NCBI RefSeq assembly: GCF_001194135.2
Contig: NC_069003.1
Span: forward strand, 32,875,051-32,939,050
Origin: Octopus bimaculoides
Taxonomy: Eukaryota
Length of the DNA stretch: 64,000 nucleotides
Direction: 5' to 3'
Part shown: positions 20,560 through 31,680 of the stretch, in pieces
How the letters are laid out: the number at the start of each line of letters is the position of its first letter
Numbering within the stretch: the first letter of the stretch is position 1
The notes under the pieces: model-generated
The model's input: the letters and a program-made list of their open reading frames with translations, nothing else
What the model was told of the DNA's origin: nothing
Databases searched by the model: none
Position numbers and translations under genes: made by a program

Positions 20560-20820
20560 GCACTCCATCAGTTGTGACAACGAGGGTTCTGGTTGATCTG
20601 ATCAATGGAACAGCCTGCTCGTGAAATTAACATGCCAGTGGCTGAGCACTCCAGACACGTGTACCCTTAATGTAGTTCTCAGGGAAATTCAGCATGGCAC
20701 AGAGTGAGACAAGGCTGGCCCTTTGAAATACAGGTACAACAGAAACAGGAAGAGTGAGAGAAAGTTGCGGTGAAAGAGCACAGCAGGGTTCACCCCCCCC
20801 CCCCCCCCGTCGGAGCCTCG
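20560..20820 (-). mobile_element. 5'-truncated SINE of the same family as 22484-22855, opposite orientation
   Basis: Its reverse complement aligns to about 22590-22850 (gtgctcagccac...aatttcacgagcaggctgttcc...gagtgc). Confidence 0.85.
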
Positions 20821-22174
20821 TTAGGTTGTCTTATACAGTGAAATGACTTTTCTGACCAAAAATTCCATGTAAACTGCAGCAGGATTTAGAAAGACAGTGA
20901 TAGTGTTGACATATGTTTACACTATATAGTGTTTCGACTTGTATGTCAGAAAATATGTTAGGCAGGCATGCGTAGATGAAAAATGTAGGCCACATTTCAA
21001 CTAATAATAGGACTATGCCAAATGTGAAATGTAGTCAAGCAAGATGTGAAATATAATCCAGGTCAGATGTGAGTAGAACCTCAGAAATGAGATCCTGTGA
21101 ATATCCTGATCAAATTTTCTGTCGACATGCACCTCCATACATGCTGGAACTGCAAAGTGCCCAGTTCTATACATTTATCTTTGTATTTTTTTTTCATAAA
21201 CTGGGGGATGGCTACTGATATTAAGCTTAAGGATTATATAATGTACAAATATAAAGAAAGAATTAAAGAAAAAAGGACTGAAGTGGAAATAGGGGGGGTG
21301 TTGCAGGTTCGCAATGCCTATACATGAGCTGCCACTGTACTTGACAAAGCAATCTGAAATGGTAAAAAATTGTTTCTTTGGATTTCTTTTGTGCCACACA
21401 AGCCTATAAAGCCATATTATTTGCCCTCTACAATTTGGCAGAACAATGACCTTTAAATGTAATGGCAGTGAGAAAAATGAAATACAGAAGCAAATAAAAA
21501 AAAATTAAAAAAAAAAAAAAAAAGAAACTCCTTTCTATAAATTTTATTGTCATAAAATACATTTCAAGATGGAATACTTCTCAGTTATCATACCAATTAC
21601 TCTGTACAATGATTCTGATAAATTTACAACCTTATTTTACAATTTATTCATTTATTATCATTATTAAATTTTTCTTTCTTTTTTTTTTGTCTTATTAATA
21701 TCCTTCTCGAATAGGAGAAAGCATATATAGTAAGTAAAGAGTCATGATTGACAATTACATACAAAAGGTTAACCTTGGAACTGGGAAGATAAAAGCAGTA
21801 ACAAAAGTATATATTTTTCTTTTTGGTCTACAATTTTAACGTTTGTGAAAATGTTTCTCATTAATTAGTTTTGCCTAACGAAAAGAACAGATTTAACAAT
21901 AAATCAATATTATTAAAATTCCTAAAAATAATTTCCAAACATGTAAGATTCATTAAAAAAAAGATTAATAACAAAAAATAGGAACTAAGTTTTAATTTGA
22001 ATTTTTCTTTTTATTTTAATATACAAATCTTACAAAAGTGTCAAAGTGTCTTTTTTCACTGGAAATTTATGAAGCAAAAACTAAAAGAAATGTTGGAGGG
22101 GTGGGGCAGGAAACTGATAAAAAACACTACCATAAGGTTTTAAAATAGAAATGAATAAGAAATAAATCATGGTC

Positions 22175-22358
22175 ACAGTGGAGCTTGAAGCAGATAGAGC
22201 TATAAATAACAGCATGTAGAATATTGAGTTAAATAATCCCTTGGACAAGATATGAACACATGGGCAGCCACCAATGTTTTATTTTCTATTCAAGCAGATT
22301 TTAAACCCAATATTTACATGCAATTACTTATAGCTTTATCTGCTTCAAGTGTCACTGT
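22175..22358. mobile_element. Palindromic MITE-like element, about 59-bp inverted arms (22175-22233 and 22300-22358); relatives at 24767-24884 and about 18600-18680
   Basis: acagtggagcttgaagcagatagagctataaataacagcatgtagaatattgagttaaa matches the reverse complement of the second arm. Confidence 0.75.
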
Positions 22359-22483
22359 TAACACAATTTATTTCCTATCTCTCGAAGTTCCTAAAATTAA
22401 AAAAAAAAAAAAATCCTATAACAAACAGAATTAGATAGATTAACACTAGTTTTTTTTATAATAATGCAATCTTAACAGAAAGT

Positions 22484-22855
22484 GGAGGCGCAATGGCCCA
22501 GTGGTTAGGGCAGCGGACTCGCGGTTTCGATTCCCAGACTGGGCATTGTGAGTGTTTATCAAGCGAAAACACCTAAAAGCTCCATGAAGCTCCGGCAGGG
22601 GATGGTGGCGAACCCTGCTGTACTCTTTCATCACAACTTTCTCTCACTCTTACTTCCTGTTTCTGTTGTGCCTGTAATTCAAAGAGTCAGCCTTGTCACA
22701 CTGTGTCACGCTGAATATCCCCGAGAACTACATTAAGGGTACACTGGTCTGTGGAGTGCTCAGCCACTTGCACGTTAATTTCACGAGCAGGCTGTTCCGT
22801 TGATCGGATCAACTGGAACCCTCGACGTCATAAGCGACGGAGTGCCAACAACATA
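22484..22855 (+). mobile_element. Near full-length tRNA-derived SINE (ggaggcgcaatggcccagtggttagggcagcggactcg...acggagtgccaacaaca); a tail fragment also at 15627-15686(-)
   Basis: tRNA-like A and B boxes at the 5' end, (CAA)n tail, homologous copies in the window. Confidence 0.87.
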
Positions 22856-23534
22856 ACAATTTCATCCGGTATCCCTTCTTATTTTTACGATGATATGGGA
22901 TGATATGTAGGAGATTTGGCTTCTACTTTTCATACATTTAGGACAGGTAGAGGCATTCCTAGTTAAGTCTTGATCAAGTAGGCCTATGACCAAAGGTATT
23001 TCAGGTAGGATTACTGTTTCTTTTATTCTTGTTTTAAATAAGTTGAAATGTGTTTTAAACCGACGTATGTAAGAAATATAAAAGTTACCAGAAAGAAATG
23101 ATAGGTCAGTTATTCGGGTTATAAAATTGCTAATGTTTTACATGGAAATTAATTAAATATCATAACAATGTGTAATTCACTTCCTTTGACAAACCATCTA
23201 TTAGTATAAATTAATTGGATAAACTTCATAAATCTAACAAAAACTTTAAAAGCAGTTGGTTTTTACCAATCAGCTTCCTACAGGGTATTTAGAAACATCA
23301 TCATCATCTCACGTCCATTGTGTATGCTGGCATGGGTTGGATGGTTTGACTAGGGCTGGCACGCTAGAAGGCTGCACCAGACTCCAGTCTGATTTGGCAT
23401 GGTTTCTATGGCTGGATGCCCTTCCTAACGCCAACCACTCCAAGAGTATAATAAATATATAAATAATCATGCCTGGAACAAGTAAAAGGAGATAAAGATA
23501 TGTCAGCTTGGGAAATCCAAATTAGCTGTTGCCC

Positions 23535-23860
23535 TTTAGCCCAAGGTCAACCCTGATCCAGCAGATCTATAATCAAAGGAATTTATGACCATCTCATCTT
23601 TTTCTCCAAGCTTAGGGCTACATCATTCAATGTGTCCTTTCCTTTTTTAAGGCAGTAAAGTGTAATAAGAGTGACATTTGTTTGCATTTCTAACATGTCA
23701 TGTGACTATGCAGAAGCTTCTTTAATGGCTCATGTAACTTGGAGTACTTTACCCAATGTTTCCTTTCTGTTTTTAAGATGGTAGGATGTGATATGAGGGA
23801 GATTTGTCTGCAATTTCTAGGAGGTTGAGTGACCAGGTCTGAGCTTCCTTGTTAGCTAAA
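23535..23860 (+). mobile_element. Dispersed repeat family (ttagccc.aggtca.ccctgatc.agcagacctatga...gagggagatttg.ctgc.atttctagcaggt); other copies or fragments near 22870-23010, 37230-37340, 39770-39900, 47580-47730, 50320-50420, 54680-54900, 61980-62060
   Basis: Homologous blocks recur; class not determined. Confidence 0.65.
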
Positions 23861-24049
23861 TTGGTAACAGATATTATCTGTTATCAAAAATATTTCAAGT
23901 CACATGGTACTTTTCTAGTAATATATCAAAGAGAAATATATTAAGGATCCTATCCACAATACTCAAACAAATATTGTAAAGGTAAGTAAATACCTTTTTT
24001 TTAAGGTAAAATTTTAAAAAATTGTTTTATTTACTATGGATGAGGTCAA

Positions 24050-24265
24050 CCCTTTAACATTTAAAATAGCCATATCCAGCAAAAATATTCTGCTTTATGT
24101 TGAAACTGATCAGATCCAGCCTCTCACACCTACCCTATGATGTTATTCTAAAAATAAATAATCACATCATTGAAATCCCAAAGCTATGAGATGATGCATG
24201 GTTAATTCAAACAAGGTGAATAAATAAGCATTATATTTGATAGTAATCTGAATGCTAACGGTTTA
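24050..24265 (-). mobile_element. piggyBac-like MITE, reverse orientation
   Basis: Reverse complement of the 56678-56903 body. Confidence 0.75.
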
Positions 24266-26121
24266 TGGTAATTACAAAGATTTTTCTATTTATCTCATTA
24301 TAACCATCAACTTCAGACAACATTTCCACTGATGAGTCTTGAAGCCTGTTTCTATCACTTGCCAAGTAAACTGTGTTTCTGACCACAGTACATAGTTATC
24401 TGATACTATGTCCCACTAATCAGGTTTGTTAATTTGTTTTGGCTATATTAACGAGACTCTTTAAGATTATTCATCAGTCACTTTGTGCAAGCAGGATTGA
24501 TATTTCCACTCATGTCTGATATTTGTAGAGAAATATCTAAATACATAGGTATCAACCATACCATGGTGAGTTGTTTGCAATAAAAAAAAGAAAAAGCCTT
24601 ATGAACCAAATTAGGAATTAGTTGCTTTTTAGGATTTTGATTTATTGTTAAGATTTTCTAAATTTTGGCAGTCAAGTCATAGCCTTTTTTTGATGTCATA
24701 CGAATTTTATAAACTTCGAGAGAACATGAAATAAGTTTTTTTGGGGAACAATGAATTTTGAAACACATAAAGCTACAAATAACAGTGTGTAAATATTGGA
24801 TTAAAAAAACCAGGCAGCCTTTGACTTTTACAATCCAAAGGATTCTCCAACCCAATATTTACATGCTGTTATTTGTAGCTTTATAGTTTTTTTCTTGTTT
24901 TTTTTTTTTATTTAATTGTTTGAAAATATATTTGTTAATTCATACTGCTGTCTTACTTCTAAGAACATAAATATATTAAACAAATAAATAAACTCAATAT
25001 CTTTTTTTAAAGTTTTCTATTCCTTGAAAATAACATGATGAAGTCAAAGATATAAATAAGGAAACTAGATCCAGTCTAAATAAAGCCTAAACTGTTATTT
25101 AGATCGCAGTCCTGGAGAAAAGGAAATTCTTTTGCTCTATTTGGCTGATTTCTTACTTAGACTGTTGGTCAATTTTTTAGGATAGCAGAAGGATGAATAG
25201 CCTCAACAGTCAACCTGGTGTGCTAATGGCTCCTCACTTTACTAGAATTGGAAAAGAATTTGAAATCAGAACCTACATAGAGAAATACAAATGCTGCAAT
25301 GCTATGTCTCAGGTCTTCAAAGACAATTTTTCCATTCAATTCAATTCTTCAGAGACAGATGATTCTTGCTTTTGCCCTACACCAGGAAAGACTTGATGTT
25401 TAAGATATGTCATTCTCCTTCACAAAAAGACAAACAGACCGAGTAGTCATGTGGTCTGTAGAATTATAAGAGGACCAATTTCTTTCAATTGAATTTTAGA
25501 CACTTTAGGCAAAAAAAATATATAAAATTCTCTTGTAATAAAAAAAAACAACAAAAAAACTCTAATCTATTAAAATAAATGAAAATACATAAACTTTTGA
25601 GAAATTATAAAATCATTTTTACATAATTAAATTATTTAAACTTGCATAGAAAAAATGTTAAAGAAAATATAAAAATCCAGTTAAAAGTAATCAAACAAAC
25701 TAACAAGGAATATAAAGAAGTATGCAACAGAGATATGACACTTTTATTCCTAGACTTTGGGGTTCTTTTTGCCATGGTTGAAATTCATTTGAAATGCTTT
25801 CTAATAATTATGAAACAAAATAATATTTTGAAGGAAACTTATCAAGAAATAGTAAAACAAACAATATTATCTTTCAAGGATGAGAAAAAAAAAAAAAACC
25901 CATCGTCATTTGATAAACTATGAATTTGTAGACAAATACTGCTTTTTCCTCCACCATTCTTCCCGTAATGTGAAACAGATTAGACTTCAAACAAGGTGTA
26001 CCAGAGTCTGAAACAACTATCTTTTAGAGATGATATTTCAAAGCAATACCATTGAAGATAACCAGAACAACTGCCACTTGTATTAGTGTAGCCATCACTG
26101 TGAAGAATTGGTATTGCTGTG

Positions 26122-29100
26122 TCATTGGGTTGTCATACTCAAAATTGCTTTGATGTCATCAATAATATTAGAAAGCAACGTAGACTCGGAACTTTTAGCA
26201 TCAATGTTCAGTTGGTTATTTGGCTGAAAAAAGAGATAAAGAAATGATTATCATACATACATACATAAATACACCCACTCACACACATACATACATACAT
26301 ATATATAGTAATGTATATAATGTAGACACAACATTGAAAAGCCTGCTAAACTGTTGTATTTGTTCAGAGGTAACACCTCTTATAGACTTATATGAAGGGA
26401 TGCTGAAAAGTTCTTAACTTTGAGTAAAAGAAAATACAAGAGGATCAATTAATTATAATTTTATTCAACATATTTCCCTCTCAGATTCACACACTTATTG
26501 CAGCAGTCCTTCAATTTTCCTAAGCTCTGTAAAAGAACTTGGAAGGTTGGGCCTCCAACCAGGCCTTTCACGATACCCTTAAAGCCAGGAACTTTTCAGC
26601 ACCTCTTCCTAGTGTTAGAAAACATTGTTTTTTTAACAATACGCATTTGAAATTTGTAAAATATTATGCTTTATGAATTAAATGGACAAACTAAACTTGG
26701 ATCAATTCTCCATTAAATATTCTATAAAAGGACTGTTTGAATGCATTGAACTATTTTTCTTTATTCAATTTTCTTTAATTTCCATACTGTATTTATAATT
26801 AAAGGGGAAACATATGTTGGAAACCATCTCAATTTTATTAAGTAAGGCAATTTATCTTCCTTTTTTGTTTACAACCCTCATAGGTACCTGCATCTGATGA
26901 CAAAAACTGAGTTAATTAACAAAGGGGTAAAAATATATCAACTTACCAGATATTTAACAAGCAAGCAAATATGGTGATCTTGAATAGACCTACTATATAG
27001 GGATGCACTGTGATCAACCTGTTCAACAACTGAAATAGAAAATTTATCAGAATATGGAACTTTTGTGAGAATAATCTTATGACAAAATTAACTTTTATGA
27101 GAATTAAAACAGTGATACCTTGTGAATATTTTTTCAAAAAATAATCCACAATGAAGTATCTTCTCAAGTGGAAAATTAAATTGAATCTCTACTAATTTAT
27201 TTTTCCAAACTCCAGACAGCTGGCTAGGACCGTATGTAATATTAAATCTAATGACAAACAAATTTCAATATGCCATAGGAACATCTATATCAACTCTCTT
27301 TTCTCTCTCTCAAGTCATTATTTTCTATGATTTCAATACTACCTAGTTTTCTCACTCCCATCATAATAATTCAGGTGGTAGACACATGGAAAAATCTATG
27401 TTTTTCTGATCGATTTAACACAAGTTGAAAGAAGCTACAATCCAGAGTATCAGGACTAGATTTTTACCAATGAGGGGAATTATATGCAGTTGCGTTTACA
27501 AACTAGAAGTAGCAACATGAAATTTACAAGTTTTTTGTATTTGATGTGCAGTGCATCACCGAGTGAAAAACATGGAGAACCACTGCTTTTTTATATCTAA
27601 AAATAAGTTAATATTCAGAAAAATAATGATGTTATTTATTAACAGCAAGTTATCTAAATCAATACATAAGTTTTGATGTTTACGATATGTCCAGGTTTAC
27701 TCTGGGATCGCTTTAAGTGTCATGTACCTTGTGAAACATATTCATCTCACAGCAACATAAGAACTGATGCACAAATGATAGAATAGGTAAAAAAAAAATG
27801 TCTTACTTGTAAAGTGAAGGTGAAAACATAACTTGGCCAAAATATGAGAAAAGTCCTCATCAGGTAATTCAATCTTTGTGCTAGTTTTTGCAGACAATTG
27901 TCCATTGCTCAAAAGTGATGCAAAACTTGATCTGTAAAAAGTGAAATCATACATACATATACATATATACACACATATATATATGTATGTTTGTTTTTAT
28001 GTCAAGTTATAATAAAAACAATTTTACATTAAACTGAAGGATTACACAATTCTTTTTGTAGAGTATATATTTATTATTCTTTAGCAGGAGTGGTTATAAG
28101 TACAAGAGTGGCTGTGTGGTAAGAATCTTGCTTTCCAACCACATGGTTCTGGGTTCAGTTCCACTGTGTGGCATCTTGGGCATGTGTCTTCTACTATAAA
28201 CTCAGGCAGACCAAAGCCTTGTGAGCGGATTGAAAAAAGAAGCCCGTCATATATATACATGTATCTATGTNNNNNNNNNNATCACTGCTTGACAACCAGT
28301 GTTGGTGTGTTTATGTCCCCGTAACTTAGTGGTTCGGCAAAAGTGACCGATAAGCTAAGTAACTATCAATGTCCATCTAATAAAACAGAATGAAACCTGT
28401 TCCACCGATGCGTAGCAGTGCAGTTAACCTAGAGTTTTCCAGGGGCAGTGTTCTTCAGGATCACAGCCCACAGTATGATATGGTTTACAATGGCAAATGC
28501 TTTCTTCATGTTGATGAAAATAGTATAAAGCTATATATATATATATTATTTTAGAAATAAAGGTTCCACACCTGCAATTAACCAAGGAGTGAGTAAAACT
28601 AAAAATATCACAGAAAGAAGAATAATGTTGGTCTGAACAGATTATTAAGCTTAAAGCAAGTAAAATTATTTTTTAGGAAGCAGCCTAAGTGTAGTGATGA
28701 GCTACAAAGATAAACCATTAAGACTCCACTACTTACCCCTTACATTGAGTACCAATAAGGTAAGAAGAACATGGAAAGCAGATTTTAAAGTCAAGTTTTT
28801 CATGTGTTGACCCTTCAGCAGTCTGGAAAAGAAATTCATCAATACATGTTATTATAGCAAGTTTAAGGTGGGTAATATTCCTTGTTTTGGATGCAGTGGA
28901 GTGTAAAATACTAACTTTTATAAAGACGCTCATCAACTTCGTTTATCATTATAAATTAATCAAAAGTAGCGAGCTGGCAGAATCATTAGCACATCAGACA
29001 AAATGCTTAGTGGCATTCCTTCCAACTCCTCGCATTCTGAGTTCAAATTCTGCCAAGGTCACCTTTACCCTTCGTCCATTCGAGCTCAAGCACCAGTTGA

Positions 29101-31622
29101 ACGGTGGGGGTCAATGTGAATAACTTAGGTACCCTCTTTTCAAAATTGCTGGGTTTAGGCCATAATAAGAAACAATTACTATAAATAAGTCAATGTAAAG
29201 ATGTGCATTTTGAAGGATTCCTTCTGAGGTGATAAACATATCATATACAGGTAAAAAAAAAGGTAAGATGGTGGTGATGGGGTATTTACTAAAATAAATA
29301 TATCAGCATTAATCTGTATAAGGCTTACCTTTATTATATAAGTAAGTGTTCCCTTCATTTTCTGTGGCATTGTAATATTCTGTATACTAAATGCAAACTG
29401 ACCTTCATTTTGACTATTTGGAAGTAATAAAAAGGGCACCTTTACTGGGTCGTGATCTGAGCCGAACTGGAATAGAAAACACAAATCATCAAACAATAAG
29501 TGCAGGTGTTCAGATGGTGATGGATGGAGGAGATAGATAGGTAAATAGATAGATAGATAGATAGATAGTGAGACAGAGATAGATAGATAGATAGGTAGAT
29601 GGATAGATAGATAGGGAGATGGATAGATAGATAGATAGATAGATAGATAGTACAGATGCATAGAAAATATGGTAGGGAATAGGCCATGCATGAGATGGTT
29701 GGATAACACCCACAGCCTCAATTGGTCTTGGTTGGGAATCCAGCAGGAACATCTGTTTCTGATAGAACTCTCTGAAGGGTATGACTGGGGACTCTGTTCC
29801 ACAACTCATACAATGAAGGTGGCTGGCTGGCTGGAAACTAGGTTTCCACAAAGAACTCTACTTGTATGGCAGTGACACTCATTTCCAACTATCACACAAC
29901 GTCAAAACATGAAGATAGATACACACACACACACACATGTTGGCTTCTTTCAGTTTCTTGCAATACATAACAATATATACATCGAAACCAAAATTTTTTT
30001 AGGGGCCCTTAAAATACTGTTTTGTTATGAGGACCTCCCAAAAATCTTATAAGAACCCTCAAGGACCATATGGACCCTGGTTGAGAACCACTGCGGTAGA
30101 CCTTGCCTAATTTCTTGGAAACTCGTGTAGAGGATAGGAGAAAATGTTAACTGAGTACTTACTGTTCGTATTAATCGTGCATTGAGTGTGTTAAGGACAT
30201 TGAACTCAATATCTTTTATGTGATTAGAAGACTGATTGGTAAATATCACAGATATCACTATTTGATCACTTCGCTGTTGGCTCACTCGAGTTTCATAGAC
30301 CTGGTTAATTAGAATAATTAAAAACAAACCATTATTATTTGTTTGAGTCACTCTAACCCATGGACTTACATACACACAACAGAATGCATCAACTTCAATG
30401 ATAATATTGTTTTAACATCTGCTTATCCAAGCTTGCATTAGGCGGATGGTGTCTATTATGAGGCAGATTTTCTACAGCTGGATGTCCTTCCTGTTACCAA
30501 CATTCACCTGTTACCAGGCAAAGCAATATTTCCTCATGGCCAGATGTATACTTGCAGAGTATTGGAAATGAATGACAATCATTTTACAACTATCATGCAA
30601 TGTCAAGACAAAGAAACACACACACACACACAATAAGTGTTTTTCAGTTTCCATCTCCCAAATCCACTCACAAGGATTTGGTTGGCTTGGGGCTATGATA
30701 CAAGATACTTGCCCAGAGTGCCACACAGTGGGATTGAACCTAGAACCACGTGGTTGGAAGATGAATTCCTCATGCACATATCTATGTCTATGCCTAATGC
30801 CATATGGTGACATTAGAGGCTTAACTTCGAGATGATGTTAATCAAATATAAAATAAATTAGACATATATTTACAAAGTGGACATACCATTTTCAGAGACT
30901 CATTTCCAGCTAATCTTCGGTAATTTGACATAGGCTACAAAAAGAGAAACGTTTGCATCATGTAAAAAAATATTTTAAATATTCATTTATTAAAGAAAAA
31001 CAGAAATAAGATTCGATGAAGGAAAGAAATCACAGAACACTCACAGAGATGACAGTTCTACAAACAACAGATAAGGAACACTGAAGGAATTTATAACAAT
31101 TTAGCCATTAACATTCAGATTACTTTGTCAGATTCAATGCTTATCCATTCATGTTGCTTTGAATTCACTACAATTATCTTGTAGCTTCAAGATTACAATG
31201 AGGTCATTGTTTATTTTTAGAATGACATTGCTGGATAGGTGTGAGAGGCTGGATCTTGCCAGTTTAAATATAAAACAGACAGAATATTTGGGCTGGATAT
31301 GACTAGTTTAAATGCTAAAGGGTTAATCATAGAAAATAATGTCAAATGCAATTAATCTTTTGTTTGTTCATTTCAGAAATTCCTGAATGTGTATATTGTG
31401 TCAAATTCAATGAAAACTAGGAACCTTTATTTCACATGTGGTATATTGTAATTCTTAGTTTTAGAAATAAAGGCTCCTGCTTTTAAATCCAGTTTGCTAC
31501 TATGCAGACTAGCAGTTTCACAAGCATCCTTCTGGCAACCACCGTCCCATCTTCCCTCTAAAAAATATAATAAATTTTTCTTTGATTTGTGTTTTACGTT
31601 TTTTGGTGAAGCCCCCTAAAAA

Positions 31623-31680
<58 letters not shown>

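Noticed and set aside
22484-22545. tRNA-like sequence; similar heads at 3488, 4797 and others
   Set aside because: It continues straight into SINE bodies and I could not fold a full cloverleaf, so these are SINE heads rather than tRNA genes.
25193-25490. Short ORF 25193-25396 and a minus-strand reading RSVCLFVK...IELNGK that faintly resembles the AP3D1 C-terminus
   Set aside because: Similarity is limited to a few residues, is broken by stops and has no matching splice sites; most likely chance in UTR or intergenic DNA.
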